Below are positions 1-14,020 of a stretch of DNA of 64,000 nucleotides, piece after piece. The DNA lies in assembly GCA_002269645.1 (NCBI GenBank), contig NIVC01000350.1:62001-126000 (forward strand). Reading direction: 5' to 3'. Position 1 is the stretch's first letter; the number at the start of each line of letters is the position of its first letter. This DNA comes from Macrostomum lignano (lineage: Eukaryota). A program made the position numbers and the translations under genes. The notes below the pieces were generated by a model. That model was not told the origin of the DNA, searched no databases, and saw only the letters and a list, made by a program, of their open reading frames with translations.

Positions 1-23
1 GCCTGCCTGCCTGCCTGCCTGCC
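1..23. repeat. (GCCT)n microsatellite, cut by the window edge
   Basis: gcct x5-6 at the window start. Confidence 0.85.
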
Positions 24-658
24 AAAACAGCCAGTTGCAGTTCAACAAAAAGAAACACAGCACGAAATAGAAAAAAAACTGGATGCAATTTTCTGGCTCA
101 AAAACTGCAGCAGCACTGCGATTTGCTTCAGTTAGCCCAGACCGGGAGCCAGTCGCTAAGTGGCGCGTGTTAATAGGAAATTCAAGATCCCAACCCTCCA
201 TCTTGCCCCCCCCCCTATTCCCAGTAGGCATAAACATGACAATTCTGCTAGATAAGTCTTGTGTAAGATGTTCATGCCTCACAGAAATTTGTTTCTGCTC
301 AACTGCTTTTCAATATAATTGTCAATGGAGTCTGCCCCCCCCCTCCTAGAAGAAGAAGACTGCAGCGGAGAGAAACAGGTGCGAGAAAATTTTATCGCGA
401 TTAAAAATGGAGAGCGCAGCTGATGAAAATAACTTTTTTGTGCTCTGCCGACAACTCTTTCATCTCATTATGTCTTTTGAAGGCCTTCCCGGTGCCGCAG
501 GCTTCCACATTTCAGCTTCGATATCCCTTGTTGCCACCCTCAGCTGTGCCGCTCTTTAACTTCCCCAACCATCTTGAGACTGAGATAAAAGCATTTCTAC
601 CCACCCCAAAAGGCAGAGAACAGGAGGTAGCTACTTCACAAACTAGACACTTCAGAAT

Positions 659-1356
659 TGGGGATTGTGAAGCTTGGGGATTGTGAAGCTTGGGGATTGT
701 GAAGCTTGGGGATTGTGAAGCTTGGAGATTGTGAAGCTTGGGGATTGTGAAGCTTGGGGATTGTGAAGCTTGGAGATTGTGAAGCTTGGGGATTGTGAAG
801 CTTGGGGATTGTGAAGCTTGGGGATTGTGAAGCTTGGGGATTGTGAAGCTTGGGGATTGTGAAGCTTGGGGATTGTGAAGCTTGGGGATTGTGAAGCTTG
901 GGGATTGTGAAGCTTGGGGATTGTGAAGCTTGGGGATTGTGAAGCTTGGGGATTGTGAAGCTTGGGGATTGTGAAGCTTGGGGATTGTGAAGCTTGGGGA
1001 TTGTGAAGCTTGGGGATTGTGAAGCTTGGGGATTGTGAAGCTTGGGGATTGTGAAGCTTGGGGATTGTGAAGCTTGGGGATTGTGAAGCTTGGGGATTGT
1101 GAAGCTTGGGGATTGTGAAGCTTGGGGATTGTGAAGCTTGGGGATTGTGAAGCTTGGGGATTGTGAAGCTTGGGGATTGTGAAGCTTGGGGATTGTGAAG
1201 CTTGGGGATTGTGAAGCTTTGGGATTGTGAAGCTTGGGGATTGAGAAGCTTGGGATTGTGAAGCTTGGGGATTGTGAAGCTTGGGGATTGTGAAGCTTGG
1301 GGATTGTGAAGCTTGGGGATTGTGAAGCTTGGGGATTGTGAAGCTTGGTGATTGTG
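659..1356. repeat. 16-bp minisatellite (GAAGCTTGGGGATTGT)n, about 43 copies
   Basis: Near-perfect tandem units. Source of the repetitive PSFTIPKLHNPQASQS ORF tails. Confidence 0.97.
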
Positions 1357-1516
1357 CATTGGGGATAGCGAAACGTCCCCAAATTTTCGAAATGATTCGA
1401 GAAAGCCTCGTACAAAATGACTTTCTCACCATCCGGCGTCTCAAAAGCGCCCCCGTGCTGACGGAAATTTGCCGAGTTGCCAGTTGCCATGGCAACGCGC
1501 TGCCCGTTAGAGTTAC

Positions 1517-2665
1517 CGACTCCATGCGACGATTGAGCCTGCGGCTGTGGCGGCTGCACAGACTTGGGCACGCCGTGGACTTTCTCCTTGTGCGTCCGCA
1601 GGAAATACTTGTTGCAGACCTCTTTGCGGCAGATGTCGCACACGACTCTGTCTGCCAGCTTGGCGGCCACCATCGAGGACTGGAATGCGTCGAGCTGGTG
1701 CTGGTGATGCGGCTGGTACGCCGGCGGCTGCTGGTGCTCGATCGAATCCAAGCTGGCCGACGACTGCGGCTGAGGCGGCGGCAGCGGCAGCGGCAGCGAG
1801 GCCTGAGTTGGCGGGGGTGGCGGTGGCGGCGGTGGCGGCGGTGGCGGTGGTTGCTGTGCAGTGGCAGCGGCCAGCTGCGCATAGGGGCCCATCAGCGCCG
1901 GGCCCAGAGCCAGCGGAAACGATCCCAACAGAAAGGGATTTAATCCCATAGCGGCTAGCAGAGGATTGGACACTGCAGCTAGAGATGACAGGTCCTGATG
2001 GTGATGATGCTGCGGAGCCTGCTGATGCTGAATGTAGTGCTGCTGCTGCTGATGCTGCTGCTGCTGCCGCTTGTGCCTCTGCTGACTGGTCTCGCCGCCC
2101 CTGCCAGCAGAGCCTGCGGAGCCGGCAGGCCCAGTATGAATGCCATGCACGTCTGCTTTGTGCTTTCTCAGGTAGTACTTGTTGCAGAAGAGTTTCTCGC
2201 AGTGCTCGCAGTAGCTGTCCGGCCGGGTGCCGACGTCCTGCACGGCCTGAGAGTCGGTGGAGCGGTCGACAGGTTCGTTGACTCGGCTTGGCTTTGCCTG
2301 CTTCCTGCGAGCTGCTGCGGCGGCGGCGGCGGCGGCGGCTGCTGCAGCAGTGCTTTGAGTTGTTGGCATGGTGACCGGCAAGTCGACGCAATCGTCATCG
2401 GCGTCTCCATTGTCGCCGTAGTTGTTTGCGGATTCCGCAGAAGCGGCGGCGGCTGCGGCGGCGGCGGCTGCGGCGGCGGCGGCCAGCTGCTTCCCGGTGG
2501 CGGCCTGCTGGCGGCCGGAGCCGAGGCCGAGGGGCAGCTGCGGCAGCTGGCCGCCATAGCTGGCCATGGCGCTGGCGGCTTTGAGATACCAGTCCTGCTG
2601 CTGCTGCTGCTGCTGCTGCTCCATAGACTGCTGCAGGTGCTGATGCATGCTCCACAGTCCGTTGC
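1517..2665 (-). CDS. Internal coding exon of a C2H2 zinc-finger transcription factor (two fingers; poly-Q/A/P tracts)
   Basis: Fingers YCEHCEKLFCNKYYLRKHKADVH and VCDICRKEVCNKYFLRTHKEKVH. Acceptor ctctgcag| before 2665 (phase 1). Donor G|gtaact after 1517 is the best candidate by eye. Other exons not located. Confidence 0.82.
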
Positions 2666-2802
2666 CTGCAGAGTGTATTGAATGCGTTCAAAATTTACTT
2701 ACTGTTTTTTATCAATGATGACAGTTTCAATACAATAGGAATTTTGCTGCATGAGATAAGCTTGGTCAACATGTAAGCCTGCTACTTCTACTTATTAACT
2801 AC

Positions 2803-3275
2803 TACTCATTCTACTCTCATTCTACTCTCCTTCTAATCTCCTTCTAATCTCTTTCTAATCTCCTTCTAATCTCATTCTACTCTCATTCTACTCTCTTTCT
2901 AATCGCATTCTACTCTCCTTCTAATCTCATTCTACTCTCATTCTACTCTCCTTCTAATCACATTCTACTCTCATTCTACTCTCTTTCTAATCACATTCTA
3001 CTCTCATTCTAATCACATTCTACTCTCCTTCTAATCAAATTCTACTCTCATTCTACTCTCTTTCTAATCGCATTCTACTCTCCTTCTAATCTCATTCTAC
3101 TCTCATTCTAATCTCATTCTACTCTCATTATACTCTCCATCTAATCACATTCTACTCTCATTCTAATCACATTCTACTCTCCTTCTAATCACATTCTACT
3201 CTCATTCTAATCACATTCTACTCTCATTCTACTCTCATTCTACTCTCATTCTACTCTCATTCTACTCTCATTCTA
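2803..3275. repeat. 11-bp pyrimidine-rich array (CTACTCTCATT / CTAATCACATT)
   Basis: Direct tandem units with variants. Confidence 0.92.
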
Positions 3276-4374
3276 TATTTCTACTGTCACTCTAATCTCC
3301 TTTACCTTTCTTTTCCCTTTCCCTCCTACTTTGCCATCTTCTTCTATTCCTCTTTTTCACCTTTTTCTCATTTTTTCTCTACATAGAAATAAATTCTCAA
3401 TTTCTAATCTCTTTGTTCCACTTCTTTTCTTTAAAAAGTTGACTTCATAACTTTGAAACTGCATCTGAAGCATTAGTTAGCTTCCGTCCAATCAAAATTT
3501 GAGTGCTTCAGTTTTCGTGTCCCAGATATCTTTACAGAAAACAATGAGGGAAAAATATTAGAAGTGTGCGATTCATCAACGGAAAGATTGACAGGTTCGA
3601 TGACTCGCTGTGCAATCTCTCTCTCTCTCTAAGTTGAAAGTAAGTGAAAAAAGCAAGACTTGGCCCTCTCCCCTAGCCCATTGCTGCAACACTGCAAATT
3701 TGCTTTTAACACGTGTCATTTCTGTCCTTAAGCCTATTCAGAAACACGGGAAATGGAGAAAAAAAGTCATTGCAAAGTCAGCGGAGGCCTTGAGCGCCAA
3801 AAGTTTAAAAAAGAAACAAGTGCCAAGCCTGCAGGCGCCTCCGCCCCAGCAAATATTTGTCTTTGGGGGAGAATTCTCCCACACAGTAGGAAAATGGGAG
3901 CAGGAACTCAGGAGGCGAGATTACCAGTCAGCAGAGGCCATAAATCCCGGAGCGCACTGTCAATTTTATATTTTTCTTCCGTATTTGCTGATGAAAAAAA
4001 TGTGTCTTTTTTGATTGCCCCAGCTTCCTGCGATTCCGAGTTTCTTCTTCTTCGCTGATGCCCCCTAAATTGGCTGCTAAAATTGTTTTGTTTTAATGGA
4101 GAGTCGAGTTTTAGTGTGGCCAGCTAGACCCTGCCGACCTCAATAAAACTTGCCAAGAGCGCGTGTCAGCGATGGCCTGACTTCCTTATATCGCTTTTCA
4201 TTGCTTCGTCAGAATCAGATGTGTTGCAGAAAAAACAGAAAAAATTGCAGCCGTTCTGCTTTTAGCCACTAAGTGAGCGAGCGAGTGAAGGAAAATGAAG
4301 GCAATTAAGCTTTTATGGCCCCTACTTACACCTACGCTTAAGGCTCAGACATCACAGAGTCCGATGGAGAGCAT

Positions 4375-4625
4375 GAGAACTGATATCCTAATCCCAATGA
4401 GAACTAATAGCCTAATCCCAATGAGAACTAATATCCTAATCCCAATGAAAACTAATATCCTAATCCCAATGAGAACTAATAGCCTAATCCCAATGAGAAC
4501 TAATATCCTAATCCCAATGAAAACTAATATCCTTATCCCAATGAGAACTAATAGCCTAATCCCAATGAGAACTAATAGCCTAATCCCAATGATAACTAAT
4601 AGCCTAATCCAAATGAGAATTCCTA
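4375..4625. repeat. 24-bp array (ATCCCAATGAGAACTAATAGCCTA), about 10 copies
   Basis: Tandem units. Confidence 0.92.
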
Positions 4626-5604
4626 TCCCCATTATTGCAACAGAATAGGGTGAAGTTTCAATGCAAATTTGTTCGGGACAAGTGTATAAGGCTGCGCTGC
4701 ACTTTCTGTCCCACTAGAATCCGCAGCACCCTTTTTGCTATCTTGTTTTGTTTTACTTTTTGTTAGACAGTTCAAAATTGGTTGGTGGTGGGAAAAAATG
4801 TAAAAATACCCCCCCACTGGATTCCTTTGAAAACAAGAAACGAAACACACAAAAAGTAGGCTTAAACCCGAGCCTCCTTCACTTGAAAACATTTCCTTCC
4901 CAAAAGGTGTTGTTCTTCGACAAGATTGCTGCTGCGATGGGGAGAGAATGAACAATTCCCAGTCAAGGGTGATTGACAACTTGGGGAGGGGCTGGAGGTC
5001 TCGCTTGCCACTGCAGGCAAAATGTAAATGAACAGAAAGAGATAATCATATTTGAAAAGCAGCCACCCCCAGCAGGCTGGGAGAGATAAAACTCGAAGTA
5101 AACCGAGAGAAAACTTTCCCTCTATCGGCTGGTAAAGAAAAGCGAAATCTGAAAAAAGGAAATGGCAACGAACCCGGGACTGGAGGAATTCCTGTTCTGA
5201 GCCGCAAAGTTCTTTATCGCTTCATCTGGCCTCTTGGCTCCCCCCTCCCCGTGAACCCGCAGTTGAGTGATTTATTTCAGCCAAAACTAGATCCCGCACA
5301 GAGAGGCAGAGACAGCAAAGCTCTATTAATATCGAACAACAATTATTTTTAAACCCTCTAGGCAAAAACATTGAAATTAAATAGTTTTGAATCAAGAAAT
5401 ATGTAACGAATTACAGTAGATCTGCGTCCGAATCTTGCATCACGACCCCTGGTTGGATTCCGTGAGCACGCTCAAACACGTTCATTTGGTCAGATGCATT
5501 TTCGTTCAATTCACAGCCATGATGGCCAACCCCCAAGGCACAGGCAGTGTAGATGCTTGACGATTAGAAAGTCTGGGCTGCTGTACACCCTGTGTGATGA
5601 GCGT

Positions 5605-6155
5605 GAAGTTGGTAGATTGGGGGGGGAGTCAGGAGAGGGTATGGCAAGTTGGAAGATCGGGGGGAGAGTCAGGAGCGGGTATGGCAAGTTGGTAGATCTG
5701 GGGGAGTCAGGAGAGGGTATGGCAAGTTGGTAGATCTGGGGGGGGAGTCAGGAGAGGGTATGGCAAGTTGGTAGATCTGGGGGGAGTCAGGAGAGGGTAT
5801 GGCAAGTTGGTAGATCTGGGGGGAGTCAGGAGAGGGTATGGCAAGTTGGTAGATCTGGGGGGAGTCAGGAGAGGGTATGGCAAGTTGGTAGATCTGGGGG
5901 GGAGTCAGGAGAGGGTATGGCAAACTGGTAGATCGAGGGGGAGGAGAGTCAGGAGAAGGTATGGCAAGTTGGTAGATCTGGGGGGAGTCAGGAGAGGGTA
6001 TGGCAAGTTGGTAGATCTGGGGGGGAGTCAGGAGAGGGTATGGCAAACTGGTAGATCGAGGGGGAGGAGAGTCAGGAGAAGGTATGGCAAGTTAGTAGAT
6101 CGGGGGGAGAGTCAGGAGCGGGTATGGCAAGTTGGTAGATCGGGGGTCGGAGAGT
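5605..6155. repeat. About 39-bp G-rich array (GGAGAGGGTATGGCAAGTTGGTAGATCTGGGGGGAGTCA)
   Basis: Tandem units with variable G runs. Confidence 0.93.
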
Positions 6156-7016
6156 CAGAAGCGAGGGTTATGAGAGGATGTCTCTCTGGCTCCCAGCTCT
6201 GAGTCTGAGACTGAGTCGTGACTTTTTATTGCTAATCAGCAACTTCGCAGCTCATCTGGTCTAGCTAACACGCGACGCCCCTCTTGAGTAACCAAACGCC
6301 AGTGTTCCGAAAGCTTCAGGGCATTTCATCATTTCCATTGCTATTCAAATCGGCTAGCCAGAGCTCATTCATTTTGCCGCCCTACTCTGGCATTTGAGAG
6401 CTCCGCTTTTTAATTAGAGAAGCCAAATGCAAGCCTCCCTGACAGCTTTGAGCTTTTGTTTCTGTCTGCCACCCACTGCTCTTGTCCCCGGCTGCTGGTT
6501 TCCGGTGTCCCTCCAAGCTTGCACGAGACTTCACTTTTGATTGAAAATTTCCTGCCTGCCACAGAAACTTCTGCCGGAGTCAGCAATTGACTCTTTCCGC
6601 CGTGTTCGATTTAGCAAAAAAGGGACCCTATTGAGTCGCACACGACTCTCTTGTCTGGTGGCAGAAATTTGATTAACCAACCCCCCATGGTGGCGCTAAA
6701 TCCGCAAAATTGAAGAGAGAAGGCAAAAAATAACACACAAAAAATAATCAAGTGAGCGACACGACTGTGACGGGGGGCTGCCTGACAATGGTATCCGCAA
6801 TTTGGTATACGGATATTTTTAATCGAGAGGAGATTGAGGGATTGCTGAATGAAGATAATGAGGTTTGAGATGAGAATTGAGAGAGCCGTTATAGTGCTTC
6901 TTTCGAGATTGCAAAACATTTTATTGGGCAGCTACTGGGGTTTTGGGTTAAACTACTGGGGTTTCCACATCCTGGCTCAGCTTCTGTAAGGTCCTGGGTT
7001 GAATGGTAAACTTCAT

Positions 7017-7595
7017 CGGGTAGGTTTTGTGTCACTCACTGTTAGTTTCAGGTAGGTTCTGTGTCACTCACTGTTAGTCTCAGGTAGGTTTTGTGTCACT
7101 CTGTTATTTTGAGGAAGGCTTTGGGTCACTCACTGTTAGTTTCAGGTAGGTTTTGTGTCACTCACTGTTAGTCTCAGGTAGGTTTTGTGTCACTCTGTTA
7201 TTTTGAGGAAGGCTTTGGGTCACTCAGTTTCGGCAAGTAGGTTTTGTGTCACTCAGTTTCGGCAAGTAGGTTTTGTGTCACTCAGTTTCGGCAGGTAGGT
7301 TTTGTGTCACTCAGTTTCGGCAGGTAGGTTTTGTGTCACTCAGTTTCGGCAGGTAGGTTTTGTGTCACTCAGTTTCGGCAGGTAGGTTTTGTGTCACTCT
7401 GTTAGTTTCAGGTAGGTTTTGTGTCACTCTGTTAGTTTCAGGTAGGTTTTGTGTCACTCTGTTAGTTTCAGGTAGGTTTTGTGTCACTCTGTTAGTTTCA
7501 GGTAGGTTTTGTGTCACTCTGTTAGTTTCAGGTAGGTTTTGTGTCACTCTGTTAGTTTCAGGTAGGTTTTGTGTCACTCTGTTAGTCAGGTAAGT
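7017..7595. repeat. 29-30-bp array (CAGGTAGGTTTTGTGTCACTCTGTTAGTTT)
   Basis: Tandem units. Most contain CAG|GTAGGT; the array ends in CAG|GTAAGT (7587-7595). Confidence 0.93.
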
Positions 7596-8756
7596 AAGTA
7601 GGTAGGTTCTTTAGCACTGTCTTGGGACGGACGCTGTTTAGGAGGCTGTTGATGATGCGCAACTCTAATTCTTGGGCCTGTGCCAACAGTTCCAAATTCC
7701 CAATTAACTCAAGCAAAGTTAAACCCAGAAAGAAGCAGACACAGAATTATAAAAATAAGCGGAACTCTGTCCAAGGGCGAGCTCCATCTAAAACAGATTT
7801 CTGACACAGGTGAGTCCTAAAATGAAAACTTAAAAAGAAGCAGACAATTTTGCAATCCAACTTCAAATTTATTCCTTTACAATTGCTTCTTCTACTCTGA
7901 GCCTTCGCTCTGGAGAGACTGAAAACCCATTTTTGCCAATAATAATAGCTCTTGACCAAAGCGAATTTTGGCGGAACAATTATTGGAAAATTGTAATAAT
8001 TGAAGGCGCTCCACTTAGCCGAAATCCTTAAAGCCGAGAAGCGCAGGCCTTTCTGGCTGGGCCCTGTTGACAATGCTACTACCGAGTCAAGTGGTCATTC
8101 AAAAAAGAAGAGACACGAAATTTCTTTCATTTCAATTTTTTCCCCACAGCCTTTACCGTCTGCTCCCCCTTGCCTATCTCCAGCAGTTATGAATTCCCAG
8201 AATTGAGACAATTGGGATGGCGCATTAATATCGTGTGCAGGCTCACTCACCTGCAAAGTTGTACAGACCGCCGATGGCTTCAGACACGGCAGGTGGATGG
8301 CGCAGCTCGTAGGCCTCAGTTGAACCAGAAGTTTCCATTTTTTGTTGCTTTCACCTCGGCCTGCTGTTGGGGATGACGCGCACGGAATGAGAGCTTTTAT
8401 ATATATATATAATTATCAAGAAATCTAGGAGTATCTATCTCACTTTGTCTTTTTGTTTCTTCTTTTGCCTCTCTTCCTTTATCGTAGCGGCTCCGTTTCC
8501 CTCTAATTTAACTCGCTAAACTCAGCGGGGGTGAGGAGGCAGGGGTGGGGGTGGGGTTCGCCCGTAGTGCATTGGCTACAGCTGCCTTCCCCTCTGAACT
8601 TGCTAGTGAATCAGCACTGCAGCCCCGGCCTCAACAACTGCCAGCCACCCACTCTACCAATCCTGCGCGTTGCTTTGCAGCCACCCCAAATTGCTGGCTG
8701 ACTTTTTTGCTTCGCACTGATTCGAAACTTTGCTTTGACAAGGTGGGCTGGGGAAT

Positions 8757-9193
<437 letters not shown>

Positions 9194-9646
9194 TTTCCTC
9201 CACTTTTCCAGACACACGGAGAAATTAAATTGCACCAGCTTCATAAACGCACATCCAATCATTTGTCTTACTAATCTCTTATCAGATTTTCAGGCACTGT
9301 CTCTTCAATCCGCCCAGTTGATCTGATAAAAATATCCCAGAAAAACTTACTTCAGCAGAAGAAGCAGGTCGGATGGGGCGTCCAGCGCCGCCCTCCTTTA
9401 TCCCACCTGGCAACTAACTAACAAGCACCGCTAAGCTAAGGCTCCCGCTACCGTCATGGATTTCCAGAGCCCAACTCTGAATAGGGATACCTGTATTCTT
9501 GAAGTTTTGAAGCTGAGGCATTCCAAAGAAAACCTATTTCAGTTTTCTTCTCTGTTTTACCGCACACACGCAACATCCATTGTTTGTTTACTTGAGCTGT
9601 AAGTTCTTAATCCGAATGCTCAATAAGCTTGTGTCAAAAAGGGTCC

Positions 9647-10172
9647 CAAGCTTCACAATCCCCAATTCACAATCCCCAATTCCCCACCCCTAAGTTTCAC
9701 AATCCCCAATTCACAATCCCCAATTCCCCACCCCAAAGTTTCACAATCCCCAATTCACAATCCCCAAGCTTCACAATCCTCAAGCTTCACAATCCCCAAG
9801 CTTCACAATCCCCAAGCTTCACAATCCCCAATCCCCATCTTCAATTTTCACAATCTTCAATTTACAATCCCCAAGCTTCACAATCCCCAAGTTTCACAAT
9901 CTTCAATTCACAATCCCCAAGCTCCACAATCCCCAAGCTTCACAATCCCCAAGCTTCACAATCACCAAACTTCACAATCCCCAAGCTTCACAATCCCCAA
10001 GCTTCACAATCCCCAAGCTTCACAATCCCCAATCCCCATCTTCAAGTTTCACAATCTTCAATTTAAAATCCCCAAGCTTCACAATCCCCAAGCTTCACTA
10101 TCCCCAAGCTTCACAATCCCTAAGCTTCACAGTCCCCAAGCTTCACAGTCCCCAAGCTTCGCAATCTCCAAG
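9647..10172. repeat. 16-bp minisatellite (AAGCTTCACAATCCCC)n, the reverse complement of the 659-1356 array
   Basis: The reverse complement of GAAGCTTGGGGATTGT is ACAATCCCCAAGCTTC. This copy is more degenerate. Confidence 0.93.
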
Positions 10173-10176
10173 CTGC

Positions 10177-10458
10177 TTATTATGGCGCTTCAGTGCTTAT
10201 TGTGGCGCTTCAATGCTGATTGTGGCGCTTCAATGCTTATTGTGGCGCCTTAAATACTGCTGATTGTGGCGCTTCAATGCTTATTGTGGCGCCCTAAATA
10301 CTGCTGATTGTGGCGCTTCAATGCTTATTGTGGCGCCTTAAATACTGCTGATTGTGGCGCTTCAATGCTTATTGTGGCGCTTCAGTTCTTTTTGTGGCGC
10401 CTTAAATACTGCTGATTGTGGCGCTTCAATGCTTATTGTGGCGCTTCAATGCTTATTG
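10177..10458. repeat. About 20-bp array (TTGTGGCGCTTCAATGCTTA)
   Basis: Tandem units directly abutting the 16-bp array. Confidence 0.88.
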
Positions 10459-11366
10459 TTGTGCTTCTAGTTTTATTTGACAGGCCAGCAGTGAAAGTAT
10501 ACTTTGCTATGCGAATATATTATCAATACTTTTTAACTATTAGACACCAAACACAGCGATGGAAACTGTTTCGATTGACCCATTCGCTGCAACACTTGAA
10601 CCGGCGGCCTCTTAGAGTCCGGATTTGGACTGACTGCTTTTAATAAGCTGGCCCATGCACATTCTGGCATAGTTGCATCTCTGGGGAGCCACAGCCCATC
10701 CCGACCCTTGCACCCCCATAGTTCAGGCTCTTTCAGATTCGGTCATAATTTAAAAATTTTAGAGCGCCGCTCTGTCCCGGCGCGCTCCAAATTTCATAGA
10801 CAGATTTTTCTGCCCGGCCGCCTGCTAGGGGGATTTGATCCCTGTTTGGGGCTCGGTCGGCTAATGGAAACCTTTCGAAATATGCGACAACCAAGGAGGG
10901 GAGGATAGGGAGGCCCGCCTCTATTTTTGCTAATTTGAAGTTTTATGTGCCCACTGGGGGTCCCCGTCGAGGGACGGGCTCGCGTCCTCTTCTGTTGTGT
11001 CTCTGCCGCCTCCTTCTGGGAAGAAGAGATCGCGGAGAGGCTCCTGCTTGTCAGTTTTCGCTGGCTAGCTTAAAAAAATATCGAAGCGGATTCCTGTTTG
11101 ACTTCTTGTTGTCGTCTTTTTGGGCGTCTCCTTCCCCCTTTAGTCCGCCTCAGATTTAAGGGGAGGGCCTGCGGCTGCCTCAACAGAACAGTTGTTGGGG
11201 CGACAAGTTTTTCTTGTCTGAAAATTGCTTTGCTTTTTGGTTGGAACTTTTCTATTCGGCTCCCTGCTGGGATGCTTTGCAATTTTTTCATAATAAATTT
11301 CTTACAAATAAAAAATAGTAAAGGGATATGGAACAGAATACTGGAGGAAGGCTGAGCGAAAGTAAG

Positions 11367-11838
11367 GCAGAGCGGAGAGAGGCAGAGCGGAGGGAGGCAG
11401 AGCGGAGGGAGGCAGAGCGGAGGGAGGCAGAGCGGAGGGAGGCAGAGCGGAGAGAGGCAGAGCGGAGGGAGGCAGAGCGGAGGGAGGCAGAGCGGAGGGA
11501 GGCAGAGCGGAGGGAGGCAGAGCGGAGGGAGGCAGAGCGGAGGGAGGCAGAGCGGAGGGAGGCAGAGCGGAGGGAGGCAGAGGGAGGCAAAGCGGAGAGA
11601 GGCAGAGCGGAGAGAGGCAGAGGGAGGCAGGGCGGAGGGAGGCAGAGCGGAGAGAGGCAGAGGGAGGCAGAGAGGAGAGAGGCAGAGGGAGGCAGAGAGG
11701 AGAGAGGCAGAGGGAGGCAGGGCGGAGGGAGGCAGATCGGAGAGAGGCAGAGGGAGGCAGAGCGGAGAGAGGCAGAGCAGAGAGAGGCAGAGGGAGGCAG
11801 AGCGGAGAGAGGCAGAGGGAGGCAGAGAGGAGGGAGGC
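11367..11838. repeat. 15-bp purine-rich array (GGCAGAGCGGAGRGA)
   Basis: Tandem units; source of the EAERR and PPLCL ORFs. Confidence 0.93.
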
Positions 11839-12785
11839 AGATTGTCTTCAAAGGAGTCTCTGTCTATCAAAGCATCTCTATCCTTTAATCAGAAGGAGAC
11901 AATCAGACAGTCCTGAGGCATGGCTATCTGTTATTCATTTGTTCATTATAGTCTACAAGAATGCACACTGCAAACTGTTTGTCCGAGATAAAATTCATTC
12001 AACCTTACTCCGGCACAATGCAAAGCACAGAAAGTTGACAGGATGCGTGTTCCAATCGCTCTCATCAAATTTCCGATAGCCGAGCCTTTACAAAGGAGTT
12101 AAAATCAATTTCAATCAAAGAGAGCGTACGATTGATAAATAAAAGAGCACTTCATGCTTCTGTTAGCCACTTTCTACCCGAGAAAAGGCCGTAAAAAATG
12201 GTTGAAAATCAAAGCACCGCGAAGCTGACACTGACTGGAAAAATGCGAGGATCCACTTGATTGATAAAATATCTCTAGAGGGTGAACATATACAATCTGT
12301 CTATCGAAGCTGACCAAGGTGAAGCTGCAGGGTGGGGTCACACTTCATCATCAGTCCCGTTTGGAATGACTTTTCTAACTACCTACAGGTTGTTTCTCTG
12401 TCCCAACCCTCGATTGCAAAGCAAACGGTCAAGACCTTCTATCGTGTTTCGGGCCATAAATTAGCCCTATGGGATATTTTTCCTCAAACCCTTGCAGCGT
12501 CTTTGTCCTTCGGTACCGCACTGGCTACTTTTCGCAGTGAAGTTTATCAAAGCATCAATTTCAATTGAAGAAGGCCGCGGGCCTCCTTCTGGGTGACTTT
12601 TTTATCGCTTTTAGTCTGAGGGCCACTGAAACCAGTAGGAAACCAAGTGGCGGTCAAGGTACAAAAGAATCTCTTAACCTCTGGGTTGTTTAGTAGAGCA
12701 TTTTCATGCAAGGTTCCGGTGCTGTGCGAGTGTGATTGAAAGCAACCATCCATATAGTTTTTTATTTCGATTTCTTTGTAAGAAA

Positions 12786-14020
12786 CCAGTGACAGGTGAT
12801 AGAGGTCACAGTGTCTGAGGTGCAGAATACCCCAGTGAAAGGTGATAGAGGTCACAGTGTCTGAGGTGCAGAATACCCCAGTGACAGGTGATAGAGGTCA
12901 CAGTGTCTGAGGTGCAGAATACCCCTGTGACAGGTGATAGAGGTCACAGTGTCTGAGTTGCAGAATACCCCAGTGACAGGTGTTAGAGGTCACAGTGTCT
13001 GAGGTGCAGAATACCCCAGTGACAGGTGATAGAGGTCACAGTGTCTGAGTTGCAGAATACCCCAGTGACAGGTGATAGAGGTCACAGTGTCTGAGTTGCA
13101 GAATACCCCAGTGACAGGTGTTAGAGGTCACAGTGTCTGAGGTGCAGAATACCCCAGTGACAGGTGATAGAGGTCACAGTGTCTGAGGTGCAGAATACCC
13201 CAGTGACAGGTGTTAGAGGTCACAGTGTCTGAGGTGCAGAATACCCCAGTGACAGGTGATAGAGGTCACAGTGTCTAAGGTGCAGAATACCCCAGTGACA
13301 GGTGATAGAGGTCACAGTGTCTGAGGTGCAGAATACCTCAGTGACAGGTGATAGAGGTCACAGTGTCTGAGGTGCAGAATACCCCAGTGACAGGTGATAG
13401 AGGTCACAGTGTCTGAGGTGCAGAATACCCCAGTGACAGGTGATAGAGATCACAGTGTCTGAGGTGCAGAATACCCCAGTGACAGGTGTTAGAGGTCACA
13501 ATGTCTGAGGTGCAGAATACCCCAGTGACAGGTGTTAGAGGTCACAATGTCTGAGGTGCAGAATACCCCAGTGACAGGTGATAGAGGTCACAGTGTCTGA
13601 GGTGCAGAATACCCCAGTGACAGGTGATAGAGGTCACAGTGTCTGAGGTGCAGAATACCCCAGTGACAGGTGATAGAGGTCACAGTGTCTGAGGTGCAGA
13701 ATACCCCAGTGACAGGTGATAGAGGTCACAATGTCTGAGGTGCAGAATACCCCAGTGACAGGTGATAGAGGTCACAATGTCTGAGGTGCAGAATACCCCA
13801 GTGACAGGTGATAGAGGTCACAGTGTCTGAGGTGCAGAATACCCCAGTGACAGGTGATAGAGGTCACAGTGTCTGAGGTGCAGAATACCCCAGTGACAGG
13901 TGATAGAGGTCACAATGTCTGAGGTGCAGAATACCCCAGTGACAGGTGATAGAGGTCACAGTGTCTGAGGTGCAGAATACCCCAGTGACAGGTGATAGAG
14001 GTCACAATGTCTGAGGTCAC
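12786..14020. repeat. 46-bp array (CAGTGACAGGTGATAGAGGTCACAGTGTCTGAGGTGCAGAATACCC), about 27 copies
   Basis: Period 46 (13021 to 13067), highly homogeneous. Confidence 0.97.

Noticed and set aside
636-1516. C-terminal extension of the 670-aa zinc-finger ORF (PSFTIPKLHNPQASQS repeats)
   Set aside because: Read-through into a 16-bp minisatellite that lacks stops; a donor at 1516 is available.
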